Source: Thermoanaerobaculia bacterium | Lineage (GTDB): Bacteria > Acidobacteriota > Thermoanaerobaculia > Multivoradales > JBCCEF01 | Assembly: GCA_036259255.1 (NCBI GenBank) | Contig: DATACC010000271.1 | Span: 1-62,187, forward strand | Length of the DNA: 62,187 bases | Direction of reading: 5' to 3' | Shown: one piece after another, positions 26,366 through 36,800 of the stretch | How the letters are laid out: each line of letters begins with the position of its first letter | Position numbering within the stretch: position 1 is the stretch's first letter | Notes under the pieces: generated by a model | What the model was told of the DNA's origin: nothing | The model's input: only the letters and a program-made list of their open reading frames with translations | Database searches by the model: none | Position numbers and translations under genes: made by a program

Positions 26366-28015
26366 TCACGACGTCAGCTTCCAGCTCCGCACCTCGTCCA
26401 CCAGCTCCGCCAGGTAGCCCTGCTGGAGCGCCGCCTTCTCCTCCGCGGGGACCGAGGCGATCTCCAGCGTCAACATGCGGTTGGCGCGCTCCATGTACCG
26501 CTTGAACTGATCGAGGGAGACACCCTTGCCGAGCAGGTAGGGGATGTACCAGAAGTCGAAGGACCACTGGGGCAGCCACTGGGAATCCTCGATGGTGAGG
26601 ATCATCCGCTCGATATGGTCCATCGCCTCGAGGCTGTCCATCGAGTCGTGGGTCCACACGAAGCCGTCGCCCGTGATGCCGTACTTTTCCTTCTGCTGGT
26701 GGATCGGAGTACCGGCTTCGTTGTACCACATTTGCGCACGGAAGTAATCCACCTTGTTCTCGCGGATGAACTCCACCGTCTCGGCCACCGTGGCGGCGCT
26801 CTCGCCGGGGAAACCGACGATGAACGAGCCGAAGGTGAGGATGCCGTGGCGGCGCAGCATCTCGATGCCGCGGCGGTAGTGGTCGGCGCTCGCCTTCTTG
26901 TTCATGTTCTCGAGCACCGACGGCGAGCCCGACTCGATGCCGAGGAAGACCCCCTTGCAGCCGCTGGCGGCCATCAGCTCCACCGCCTCCTCGTCGGAGT
27001 TGCTGCAACGGAAGTAGGAGAACCAGTTGAAGCCGTACTGCTTGCGGATCATCAGCCGGCAGATGTCCTTGAAGCGCGGCAGGGGCACGTTGAAGGTGTC
27101 GTCGATGAACACCACGTTGCGCACGTTGCCCCGGGCGTGCATCGAGTCGAGCTCGCGCTCGATGGCCTCGAGGCTCGCCAGGGTGAGCTTTCCGGCCCGG
27201 GTGGGGTAGTTGCAGAAGGCGCACTTGAAGGCGCAACTGCGTGCCGTGCGGGTCTGGAGGGTGGCACCGAGATCGTCGCTCGACAGCTCCAGCCAGTCGA
27301 TGGTGTGTTCCTCGAGGGAGTTGCCCTCCGGCTCCACCGGGTTGGTGACGAGAGCGCCGTCGGCATCGAAGTAGAGGATGTTGGGCACGGCGGATAGGTC
27401 GCCGCCGGCGGCCAGGGCCTCGACGATGAGCCCCAGGGTGTGCTCGCCCTGGGAGTCGTTGACGTAGATGTCGGCCCCCAGGTCGCGCAACGCGGAGGTC
27501 AGCTCCTCGCCGGAGTAGTTGCGGGCGTGGTTGGCGATCAGCGGCCCGCCGACGACGATGGGCACCCGCTCGTTGTGCTCGCGGATGAACTCCACCATCT
27601 CGTTGACCGGGAAGTTCCAGACGTAGAAGGTGGTGGTGATGGCGACGCAGCCCGGGTCGCCGGCGAGCAGCTCGGCCAGCCGGTCCTTCTCGTACTGGAA
27701 CAGGTTCACGTAGTCGGCGCTGCGGCCCCGGCGCCGCAGCGCGTTGGTCAGGTAGGCGGCGGCGAGGTTGGGAATCTCCCCCGACTTGAAGGGCGCCGCG
27801 CCCACGCCGTCGCCGCCGCCGTGGGCGCGCTCCCAGGCGAAGTTCATCAGGTCGACGTAGTTGAGCTTGCAGCCGTCGATCTCGACGAAGCTGGTCTTCA
27901 AGTCACGGTACGCCTCGGAGTCCTCGCCGTACTGGCGCAGCAACCCCGCATAGCGCTCGAAGGGTGGGTCGTTGTACCCGATCACCACGCAGTCCAACCG
28001 GTTTCGCGTCGTCAT
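26366..28015 (-). CDS. Cobalamin-dependent radical SAM methyltransferase, PhpK/BcpD-like, 549 aa
   Basis: CAFKCAFC (CxxxCxxC) followed by FIDDTFN, GIESG, FIVGFPGE. N-terminal B12-binding-like region (PNLAAAYL, AITTTFY, IVVGGP). The N-terminus DCVVIGYN...AYRDL resembles the PhpK family as I recall it. Confidence 0.85.
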   Translation of the reverse strand: MTTRNRLDCVVIGYNDPPFERYAGLLRQYGEDSEAYRDLKTSFVEIDGCKLNYVDLMNFAWERAHGGGDGVGAAPFKSGEIPNLAAAYLTNALRRRGRSADYVNLFQYEKDRLAELLAGDPGCVAITTTFYVWNFPVNEMVEFIREHNERVPIVVGGPLIANHARNYSGEELTSALRDLGADIYVNDSQGEHTLGLIVEALAAGGDLSAVPNILYFDADGALVTNPVEPEGNSLEEHTIDWLELSSDDLGATLQTRTARSCAFKCAFCNYPTRAGKLTLASLEAIERELDSMHARGNVRNVVFIDDTFNVPLPRFKDICRLMIRKQYGFNWFSYFRCSNSDEEAVELMAASGCKGVFLGIESGSPSVLENMNKKASADHYRRGIEMLRRHGILTFGSFIVGFPGESAATVAETVEFIRENKVDYFRAQMWYNEAGTPIHQQKEKYGITGDGFVWTHDSMDSLEAMDHIERMILTIEDSQWLPQWSFDFWYIPYLLGKGVSLDQFKRYMERANRMLTLEIASVPAEEKAALQQGYLAELVDEVRSWKLTS

Positions 28016-28046
28016 CTCTAGCCTGTCTCCTCGTTGGTGCCGCGGC

Positions 28047-31000
28047 TCAGGCCGAAGCGTGGTGCAGCTCGGCGCAGCGCACGGTGTCGACGGAGACCAT
28101 GTCGCCCATGGCCACCAGGATCTTGCGGGGGCCGGCGAAGGGGTACCGGCCGTGGGCGGTCAGCATGTTGTCGACCAGTACCAGGTCCCCCTTCTGCCAC
28201 GGGAAGGTCACCGCGTTGCGGCGGTACAGCTCGACGATCTCCAGCACCAGCTCGTCGGGAATCGGCGAGCCGTCGCCGAAGTAGACGTGGCGCGGCAGGT
28301 CCTCGACAGCGAACAGCTCGAGCAGCGGACCCCGATCCTCCTCCGGCAGGCAGGCGATGTGATGGGCCTGGATCTGGTTGAAGAACACCTTGGCCCCGGT
28401 GCGCGGGTGGCGGGCCACCGCCGGGCATACCTTGCGGGTGCGCAGGCCGCCGTCGGCCTTCCACTCGCACGCGATGTCGGAGCGCCGGCACCAAGCCTCC
28501 ACCTCCGCCCGGTCGGAGGTGTGGAAGAAGTCGCGCCAGTCGACGTCGAGGCCCGGCGTGTAGTTGCGCACGTACATCACGCCGAGCCGCTCGAAGCGGT
28601 CCCGCACCTCGGCATCGAGCAGCTCGTAGATGCGGCGGCAGTCGACCAGGGGCGTCTCGCCTCCTTCGAGCGCCGGCTGCACGCAGAGGAAGAGCTGGCG
28701 CAACGGCCAACTGTCGAGCTGGGAGCTCTCGTTGTGGAACCAGATGGTGCGGTCTGGCGGATAGGGGGTGGAGGTGTAGACCTTTCCCGTCACCGCGTCG
28801 TGGGGCAGGTCGCCGTACTCGTCGAACAGCTCGCCGGCCACCGCCTTGGCCACTGCCTCGAACCGCTCGGCGGTGTCGACGCCGAAGCCGCGGAACAGCA
28901 CTGCCCCGTGCTCGTGGAGCCGGGCTTCGAGCACCTCGTGGTTGCCCGCCACCCACTCCGCGAGGTCCACCGCCTCGGCAGCCGGCCGCACCATCAGCGG
29001 CGCGGCGGCACCGGGCACACCGGGGAGCGGCTCCATCTCGACCAGCCGGCTGCGCGAGAGCTGGACGGCCGCCGGCTCCACGTTCATGAACTTGGCGAAG
29101 TCCGCCTGCTTGCGCTGCTTCTTCTCGGTCACGTCTTGCTTCCTTTCGCTCTCGGCGAGATGTTCGAGCTGGCTCAACCGCGCCCCCGGCCGCTCGGCGA
29201 CGCTCGCCAGCAGCGTCGTGAGGTGCCGCGTCAGGGTGCGGATGCCGGGGGCATCGAAGAGGTCGGTGCTGTACTTCCAGGTGGCCTCGAGGCCGTCGCC
29301 GGTCTCGACCAGTACCAGCACCAGGTCGAATTTCACGGTGCGGTTGTCGATCTCCAGCGCCTCGAGCTCGAGCCCCGGCAGCTCGAGGCGCCGGCGGTCC
29401 GGGTTCTGCAGCACCAGCAGGTACTGGAACAGCGGCGCCCGGCCGGCGGTGCGCTCGGGCTGCAGCTCCTCGACCAGGCGCTCGAAGGGCAGCTCCTGGT
29501 GGGTGAAGGCGCCGACGGCGACCTCCCGCTCGCGGGCCAGCAGGTCGCGGAACGTCGGATCGCCGGCAAGGTCGGTGCGCAGCACCAGGACGTTGACGAA
29601 GAAGCCGATGAGCCGCTCCGTCTCCACCCGGTTGCGGTTCGCCACGTCGGTGCCGATGGCCACGTCCTCGACTCCCGTGTAGCGGTGCAACAGGGCCTTG
29701 AAGGCGGCGGCGAGCACCATGAACAGGGTCGCCCCCTCCGCCCGCCCGAGGTCGCGCAGGGCACGGGTGAGCTCGGCCGTCAGCCGGAAGCTGTGCTGCG
29801 CGCCGCCGTAGGACGGCCGCTCCGGCCGAGGGCGGGCGAAGGGGAGCTGGAGCTCCGGCGGCGGCGTGGCGAGGCGGCGCCGCCAGTAGGCCAGGTGGCC
29901 CTCGAGCACGTCGCCGGTGAGCCAGCGGCGCTGCCATGCGGCGTAGTCGGCGTACTGCACCGGCAGCGCTGGCAGCGGCGAAGGCTCGCCGCGGGAGAAC
30001 GCCGCATAGAGGACCGCCAACTCCTGCGTCAGGACGCCCATCGACCAGGCGTCGCTGACCACGTGGTGGATGTCGAACAACAACAGGTGTTCGGCCGGAT
30101 CGCGATGCACCAGGGCGGCGCGCAGCAACCGGCCCGCCGCGAGATCGAAGGCCCGGCGGCCCCAGCGCCGCAGCAGGCGCTCGGATTCCGCCGCCGCGAC
30201 AGGCTCCGGCACGCTCCCGAGATCGATCCTCGGCAGCGGCACCGGCCGTGCCGGCTCCACCACCTGAAACGGCTCGCCACCGGCCTCCCGGAGACTCGTG
30301 CGCAGCGCCTCGTGACGACGAACGATCTCTGTCAGCGCCCGCTCCAGGGCGGCTGCGCCGGTGGCCCCCAGGGGGCCGCGAAGCCGCAGCGCCCGCGGCA
30401 CATTGAAGGCGCAGCTCTGGGGATCGAGCTGCTGGAGGAACCACAGGCGCTGCTGGGCGAAGGACAGCGGCAGACGCCCACGACGCCCCACCGGAACCAG
30501 GGGTGGAGCGGCACCCCGCTCGCCGGCGCCGAGGGCGGTCTCGACCCGCCGGGCCAGGCCGGCCAGGGTGGCGTCCTCGAACAGCGTGCGCAGCGGCAGC
30601 TCGATGCGGAACGCCTCCTGAATCCGGGCGGCGAGGCGGGCGGCCAGCAGGGAGTGGCCGCCGAGAGCGAAGAAGTCGTCGGCGGGGCCAATCTGCTCGA
30701 CGCCCAGGATCCGGCTCCAGATCGTCGCCAGCAGCGCCTCCACCGGACCCAGGGGCCGGTCTCCCCCGCCGCTCGCCGACGCCTGCTCGGGCTGCGGCAG
30801 GGCGGCGCGGTCGAGCTTGCCGGTGCGGGTGCGGGGCAGGCCAGGCAGCGCCACGAACCAGGAGGGCACCAGGGCCTCCGGCAGGTGTCGGCGCGCGAGC
30901 TCGCGCAGCGCCGCGGGCGCCGGCTCGTCGCGCCCCGCCGGCACCCAGTAGGCTGCCAGCGCCTCGCGCACCGGCACCACCGCCACCTCCCGCACCGCCG

Positions 31001-33797
31001 GGTGGGCGGCGAGCACCGCCTCGATCTCGTCGAGCTCCACCCGGACGCCGCGCACCTTGACCTGGCGGTCGCGGCGGCCGAGAAACTCGAGCTCGCCGCC
31101 GCCCCCCCAGCGCACGAGGTCGCCGGTGCGGTAGAGCCGCGCCCCCGGCGTCCCGCCGGGAAACGGATCGGGCAGGAACCGCTCGGCGGTGGCCGCCGGC
31201 CGGCGGTTGTAACCGCGGGTCACCCCGGCGCCGGCGATGGCCAGCTCGCCGGCCACTCCCACCGGCAGCGGAGCGCCCCCCGCGTCGAGCACGTAGAAAC
31301 GCACGTTCTGGATCGGCCGCCCGATGGGCGCCGGACCGCCCTCCCCCGCCGCCGCCGGCAGGCGCCAGAAGCTGGAGGTCATGGTGCATTCGGTGGGGCC
31401 GTACTGGTTGACCACCGCGACGGCGGGGCCGAACAGGCGGCAGGCGGCGGCGCCGTCGGCCCGGTGGAGGACCTCCCCGCTCAGCACCAGAGTGGCCAAC
31501 GGCACCCACGGCAGCTCCCCCTCCGGCACCGAGCGCACCAGCTCCCGGAACAGGGTCGGTACCATGCCGAGCACCGTGTCGACGCCGTGGCGCCGCAGGG
31601 CCGCCAGCAGGGCCCGTGGATCCCGCGCCTCGGCCTCGGCCGGCAGCACCACCCGGCCGCCGGCCGCCAGCGGGCCCAGGGTGTCGCGGATCGAAGCGTC
31701 GAAGAACGGCGCCGCCACCTGGAGCACCACGCTGTCGGGGCCAACGCCGTACTCGCGCAGCACGAAGTCGAGGTAGTTGGCGGCGCCGCCGTGGGTGCTG
31801 AGCACGCCCTTCGGCCGGCCGGTGGTGCCGGAGGTATAGGTGACGTAGGCGAGGCCCGCGGGGTCGACCCGGACCTCGGGCCGGTCCTCCGGCGCCGCCG
31901 CCAGGAGGGCCGCATCGCGGTCGAGGAGGACTACCGCCCGCCCGGCCGAGGCGGCGGCGGGCAGGGCGGCCAGCAGGCGCTCCTCGCTCACCAGCACCCG
32001 GGCTCGGGCGTCGTCGAGCACGAAGGCGAGCCGCTCCCCCGGCGCCGCGAGGTCCAGCGGCAGGGCGGCACCGCCGGCCTTGAGCACGGCGAGCAGGGCG
32101 GCGACCAGGTTCGGACCGCGCTCCAGGGCCAGGGCCACCGGCACCTCCGGGCCGACCCCGAGGCGGCGCAGGTGGTGCGCCAGGCGGTTGGCCCGCCGGT
32201 CCAGCTCGCCGTAGGGCACGGTGACCTCACCGGCCACCAGGGCCACCGCCTCGGGCCGGCGCGCCGCCTGCTCCTCCACCCGGCGATGCAGGCCGGCCTC
32301 GGGCAGGTTTCCGCCGGACAGGGATACGTCGGGCAGGGCTTCGCCGGACCGAGCCTCGCCGGGAAGGGGCCGGGCGGTATCGTTGAAACCTTCCAGCACC
32401 AGCCGCCGCTCGGCCTCGCCGAGCAGCGCCAGGGTGGTGGCGGCGGCCTGTGGGCGGCGGACGGCGTCGGCGATCAGGGCGCTCCAGCCGGCGGCCAGCC
32501 GCTCGGCCGTGGCAGCGTCGCAGCGCGCCGGGTCGAAGCGCAGCGCGGCGGCGAGACCGTCGCCCCGGCGTCGGCACACCAGCTCCACCGCGAAGGGCTC
32601 GCCGAGCACCCGCTGCTCGAGCACCGCCACCCGCAGGTCCCGGACCACCGTCTCCGGCGCCCACTCGTCCCAGGCAAAGCCGGTGGACAGGCGCAGCGGC
32701 CCGTCGCCCTGGCCGGCGGCACCGGGGGCCTCCGGGTCGAAGGAGGTCTGCCAGCCGTCGGCCTCGCGGGCGGTGGCGGCGAGGCGGGCGGCAAGGGTGC
32801 CCAGGGTGGCGCGCGGATCGATCCCCACGCGCGTCGGCAGGCAGCGGGCGAAGGGACCGAGACCGTGGCGCAGATCCTCGTGGGGGCGGCCGTCGGCGGC
32901 GCGGCCCAGCACCACCTCGTCCTCGCCGGAGCGGCGCGCCAGCAGCAGCGCCCAGGCGGCGGCGGCGACGGCCGGCAGCGGCGCTCCGGCCGCCGCGGCG
33001 AGGGCCTCCAGGCCGGCCCGGGTGTCGGCGGCGAGGTCTACGGTCACCGTGTCCACCGCCCCCGTGTCTTCCGCCCCCGTGCCCGCGGCCCCCGTGCCCA
33101 CCGCCCCGGCTACGGCTCCGGCCTCGCCCCGGCCGGCGAAGGGGAAGGCCTGGAGCGGCAAGGAGGCGAGGCCGAGGCCGCGCCAGTACGCCTGCGCCTC
33201 GGGGGCGGGCTCGTCTTCGAGCAGCTCGTTCTGCCACTCGGCGGCGTCGGCGTACTGCAGCACCTCGTCGTCGTCACCCCCGCCCTGGTTCGGCTCCGCG
33301 TACTCCCGGACCAGCTCGCCGGCCAGCAGGCGCAGGCTCCAGCCGTCGGCGCACAGCGCCGGCCAGCCGAGCAGCAGGGCGTGCCGGCGCTCGCCCAGGG
33401 CGACGAGCACCGCGCGGGGCACCAGGGCGGCGGCGCCGGGGCGGGCGTCCTCGCCGAGGCGGCGCTGCAGCTCGGCGCGCTGCTCGCCGGCGGCGAGGGG
33501 GGCGAGGTCCGCCGTCTCCAGGGCCGGCGTTTCGAGGGCCGGTGTTTCGGGGGCCGAGCCGCCCACCTCGCCGATGCGTTGCACCGGCAGCCGCACCCCG
33601 GGCATCCGTTCGAAGCCGGTGCGCAGGATCTCGTGGCGCGCGACGACCCGGCCGAGAGCCGCGGCGAGACGGGCGCGGTCGAGCTCGCCGTCGAGCCGGA
33701 GCACGAGCTGGGCGCGGCACGGGGCGCCCTCCTCGTGCAGCCGCCACAAGCGGCGCTGCTGCGGCGACAGCCGGAAGCCTTGCAGAACCTCGGTCAC
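28047..33797 (-). CDS. NRPS: interface domain-A(unassigned)-PCP-C-TauD dioxygenase, 1916 aa
   Basis: GTG start VTEVLQGFRLSPQQ. Dead C motif WPALCADGW. A code about DARGVSQMTK. PCP GGHSL. C HHVVSDA. C-terminal TauD with WFHNES...GGETP...DNMLTAHGRYPF. Confidence 0.92.
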   Translation of the reverse strand: MTEVLQGFRLSPQQRRLWRLHEEGAPCRAQLVLRLDGELDRARLAAALGRVVARHEILRTGFERMPGVRLPVQRIGEVGGSAPETPALETPALETADLAPLAAGEQRAELQRRLGEDARPGAAALVPRAVLVALGERRHALLLGWPALCADGWSLRLLAGELVREYAEPNQGGGDDDEVLQYADAAEWQNELLEDEPAPEAQAYWRGLGLASLPLQAFPFAGRGEAGAVAGAVGTGAAGTGAEDTGAVDTVTVDLAADTRAGLEALAAAAGAPLPAVAAAAWALLLARRSGEDEVVLGRAADGRPHEDLRHGLGPFARCLPTRVGIDPRATLGTLAARLAATAREADGWQTSFDPEAPGAAGQGDGPLRLSTGFAWDEWAPETVVRDLRVAVLEQRVLGEPFAVELVCRRRGDGLAAALRFDPARCDAATAERLAAGWSALIADAVRRPQAAATTLALLGEAERRLVLEGFNDTARPLPGEARSGEALPDVSLSGGNLPEAGLHRRVEEQAARRPEAVALVAGEVTVPYGELDRRANRLAHHLRRLGVGPEVPVALALERGPNLVAALLAVLKAGGAALPLDLAAPGERLAFVLDDARARVLVSEERLLAALPAAASAGRAVVLLDRDAALLAAAPEDRPEVRVDPAGLAYVTYTSGTTGRPKGVLSTHGGAANYLDFVLREYGVGPDSVVLQVAAPFFDASIRDTLGPLAAGGRVVLPAEAEARDPRALLAALRRHGVDTVLGMVPTLFRELVRSVPEGELPWVPLATLVLSGEVLHRADGAAACRLFGPAVAVVNQYGPTECTMTSSFWRLPAAAGEGGPAPIGRPIQNVRFYVLDAGGAPLPVGVAGELAIAGAGVTRGYNRRPAATAERFLPDPFPGGTPGARLYRTGDLVRWGGGGELEFLGRRDRQVKVRGVRVELDEIEAVLAAHPAVREVAVVPVREALAAYWVPAGRDEPAPAALRELARRHLPEALVPSWFVALPGLPRTRTGKLDRAALPQPEQASASGGGDRPLGPVEALLATIWSRILGVEQIGPADDFFALGGHSLLAARLAARIQEAFRIELPLRTLFEDATLAGLARRVETALGAGERGAAPPLVPVGRRGRLPLSFAQQRLWFLQQLDPQSCAFNVPRALRLRGPLGATGAAALERALTEIVRRHEALRTSLREAGGEPFQVVEPARPVPLPRIDLGSVPEPVAAAESERLLRRWGRRAFDLAAGRLLRAALVHRDPAEHLLLFDIHHVVSDAWSMGVLTQELAVLYAAFSRGEPSPLPALPVQYADYAAWQRRWLTGDVLEGHLAYWRRRLATPPPELQLPFARPRPERPSYGGAQHSFRLTAELTRALRDLGRAEGATLFMVLAAAFKALLHRYTGVEDVAIGTDVANRNRVETERLIGFFVNVLVLRTDLAGDPTFRDLLAREREVAVGAFTHQELPFERLVEELQPERTAGRAPLFQYLLVLQNPDRRRLELPGLELEALEIDNRTVKFDLVLVLVETGDGLEATWKYSTDLFDAPGIRTLTRHLTTLLASVAERPGARLSQLEHLAESERKQDVTEKKQRKQADFAKFMNVEPAAVQLSRSRLVEMEPLPGVPGAAAPLMVRPAAEAVDLAEWVAGNHEVLEARLHEHGAVLFRGFGVDTAERFEAVAKAVAGELFDEYGDLPHDAVTGKVYTSTPYPPDRTIWFHNESSQLDSWPLRQLFLCVQPALEGGETPLVDCRRIYELLDAEVRDRFERLGVMYVRNYTPGLDVDWRDFFHTSDRAEVEAWCRRSDIACEWKADGGLRTRKVCPAVARHPRTGAKVFFNQIQAHHIACLPEEDRGPLLELFAVEDLPRHVYFGDGSPIPDELVLEIVELYRRNAVTFPWQKGDLVLVDNMLTAHGRYPFAGPRKILVAMGDMVSVDTVRCAELHHASA
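33048..33107. repeat. 15-bp imperfect tandem repeat x4 within interface domain
   Basis: cgtgtccaccgcccc / cgtgtcttccgcccc / cgtgcccgcggcccc / cgtgcccaccgcccc. Confidence 0.8.
33513..33557. repeat. 15-bp imperfect tandem repeat x3 (APET/PALET/PALET)
   Basis: cgtctccagggccgg / cgtttcgagggccgg / tgtttcgggggccga. Confidence 0.8.
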
Positions 33798-33804
33798 GGC
33801 GCCC

Positions 33805-36800
33805 TCAGGCCTCCAGCTCGCTCAGCCGCACGACACCGCCGCCCATCGCCACCAGCACCCGCCGCGGCGGGGTGAACGGCATGCGGCCGTGGGCGGTCAG
33901 CGTGTTGTCCAGCATCAGCACGTCGCCCTTCTGCCACGGGAAGGAAACCATTGAGTCGCGCACCACCTGGCGCACGTGCTCGAGCTCCGCCGGGTCCAGG
34001 GGCGAGCCGTCGCCGAAGTAGGCGTTGATCGGCAGCTCCTCCTCCGAGGTGGTGGCGAGCAGGGCGTCGGCGAGGTCGCCGAGGTTCGACGGGTGCCACT
34101 GGTCGACCTGGTTGAACCACACGGGCTCGCCGGTCTTCGGATGACGGATGGTGGCCGGACGCACCTGGCGGGTGGTCAGGCCGCCGTCGTCGCGCCAGCG
34201 GAAATCGATGCCGCCCTCGCGGCAGTAGGCCTCCACGGTGTCGCGGTCGGCGGTCTCGAACACCGTCTGCCACGACAGGCCGGCGCCGCGGTCGCCGTGC
34301 AGGTTGCGGGTGTAGAGGACGCCCTTCTCGGCGAAGCGGCTGCGCACCGCCGGGTCGATCTGCTGCCACACCTTGCGGCTGTCGGCGATCGGCGTCTCGC
34401 CGCCCTGCTGCGGCTCGACGTCGCAGTAGAAGAAGATCTTGCTCGGCCACTTGTGGGCGTAGGACAGCTCGTTGTGGAGCGACACGAAGTACTCCGCCGG
34501 GTACTCGGTGGAGGTGTAGACCTTGTCGCCCACCATCACCCGCGGCGACGAGCCCTCGACGTAGTTGGCGAGCTCCGGCGTCACCGTGTTGACGAAGCTC
34601 TCGAAGGCCGCGGGCGAGGCGACGGCGAAGCCGCGAAACAGGATGCCGCCGTGGACCAGCAGATCCCGCTCGACCTGCTCGGTGTTGCTGCGCACCCAGG
34701 CGGCGAGGTCCACGTCGTCCAGGTTGGGCCGCAGCACGAGGGGCAAGGTCGAGCCGTTGAGCGCTTCGCGGCGCACCAGCTCGTCCTGCGCGAGGTTGAC
34801 GCTGCGGCGCCTGGTGATCTTGAGCTTCTTCAAGTTGGAGGTGCTCACTTCGTCCTGCCTGCTCATTCGCTTCTCCGTTTCTCGGGTGCTGAGGGCGTCC
34901 ACCAGGACGCCGAGACGGGTATCGGGGGCGGTGACGGCGCGCTCGGCCAGCACCAGCAGCTCCTCGCGCAGCCGCGCCATGGTGGCTGCCTCGAAGAGGT
35001 CGGTCTTGTACTCGAAGGCGCCGGCCAGCCGGTCGCCGGCCTCCCCCATGTAGAGGGTGAAGTCGTACTTGGCCGTGCCATGCCGGACCGGCAGCCGCTC
35101 CAAGGTGAGCCCCGGCAGGGCAGCGGGGTCGGCGGGCGCGGCGTTCTGGTAGTTGAATACCACCTGGAACACCGGGCTATGGCCCGGATGGCGCTCGGGC
35201 CTGAGCTCCTCGACCAGCTTCTCGAAGGGCAGATCCTGGTGCGCGTAGGCACCCAGGGTGGTCTCGCGCACACGCGCCAGCAACTCACGGAACGTCGGAT
35301 CGCCGGACAGGTCGGTGCGCAGGGCCAGGGCGTTGATGAAGTAGCCGATCATGCCGTCGAGCTCCGGCCGGCTGCGGCCTGCCACTGGCGCGCCGACCAC
35401 CAGATCGAGCTGCCCGGTGAGGCGGTGGAGCAGCACCTGGAGCACGGCGAGCAGCACCATGAACGGGGTCGCTCCCTCGCGGCGGGCGAGCTCGCGCACG
35501 CGGGCCGACGACTCGGGCGTCAGGGCCACCGGCTCGATGGCCCCGCGGGCGCTCGGCCGTGCCGGGCGCGCCCGGTCGGTGCGCAGGTCGAGCACCGGAA
35601 GCGGCGGCGCGAGACGCCGGCGCCAGTAGCAGAGCTGGGCCGCCAGCAGATCCCCGGTGAGGTATCGGCGCTGCCAACCGGCGAAGTCGGCGTACTGGAT
35701 CGGCGGTTCCGGCAGCGGCGAAGGCCGCCCTGCCACGAAGGCCCCGTAGAGGGCCGCCAGCTCGCCGATCAGCACGCCCGCCGACCACTGGTCGCCGACG
35801 ATGTGGTGCATCGTGAACCAGGCGGCGTGTTGCTCGGCAGCCAGGCGCACCAGCAGCGCGCGCACCAGGGGGCCCCGGGCGAGGTCGAAGGGCCGCCGCG
35901 CATCGCGAGCGGCCGTGAGCAGCATCTCGGGCCGGCGACGCCCTGCCGGCAGGGCGGTGAGGTCCACCCACGGCAGCGGCCAGCGGCCCGGGGGCGCCAC
36001 ATGCTGCACCGGACCCTCGCCGAGCAGCGGAAAGCTGCTGCGCAGCGACTCGTGGCGACGCACCGTCTCGTCGAGGCTGCGCTGCAGCGCGCGGGTGTCG
36101 AGCCAGCCGGTCAGGAGCAAGCCGGCAGACTGGTTATAGAGCGGCGCGTCGGGCTCCAGGCGAGCCAGGAACCACTGGCGCTCCTGAGCGAAGGACAGCG
36201 GCAGGTCGCCGTCCCGCGGCAAACGCTCGATGGGCGGCAGCAGCGCGTCTCCACCGCCACCGAGCTGCGCCACGTGGGCCGCAATCCCGGCCACGGTGGG
36301 CTGCGCGAACAGCGTCGCGGGGGGCAAGTCCACGGCGAGCGCGGCGCGCAGCTCGCCGATCAGGCGCAGGGCGAGCAGCGAGTGGCCGCCGAGCTCGAAG
36401 AAATCATCGTCCAGGCCCACCCGGTCGATGCCCAGCAGCCGCTGCCAGATCTCCGCCACCGCCCGCTCGGTGCCGTCGCGCGGCGCCACGTAGACCGTCG
36501 ACAGGTCCGGCCGCGGGTAGGCCCCGGACGACGCGGCCCCAGGCGACGCGGCCCCGGTCAACGCCGCCCCGGCCGCTGCGGCGGCCCCTACGGTCCCGCC
36601 GCCGGCGACGTGGCCGAGCGGATCCACCACCACCTCGCACCCTCCGTCCCACGCCAGAACCCGGTGAAGAACCTCCACCGCATGCTCGGGCTCGACCGGG
36701 ACGCCGGCACTCCCCAGCCAGTGGATCGACACGGTGGGTCCGGCGCCCCGGGCGCTGCGGGCGTGGGCTGCGGCGTCGAGGGCCGCACCCGCGGCGGCGG

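Noticed and set aside
26366-28015. Calling the region a phosphonate cluster
   Set aside because: No PEP mutase or phosphonopyruvate decarboxylase is in the window. Kept only as an alternative hypothesis.
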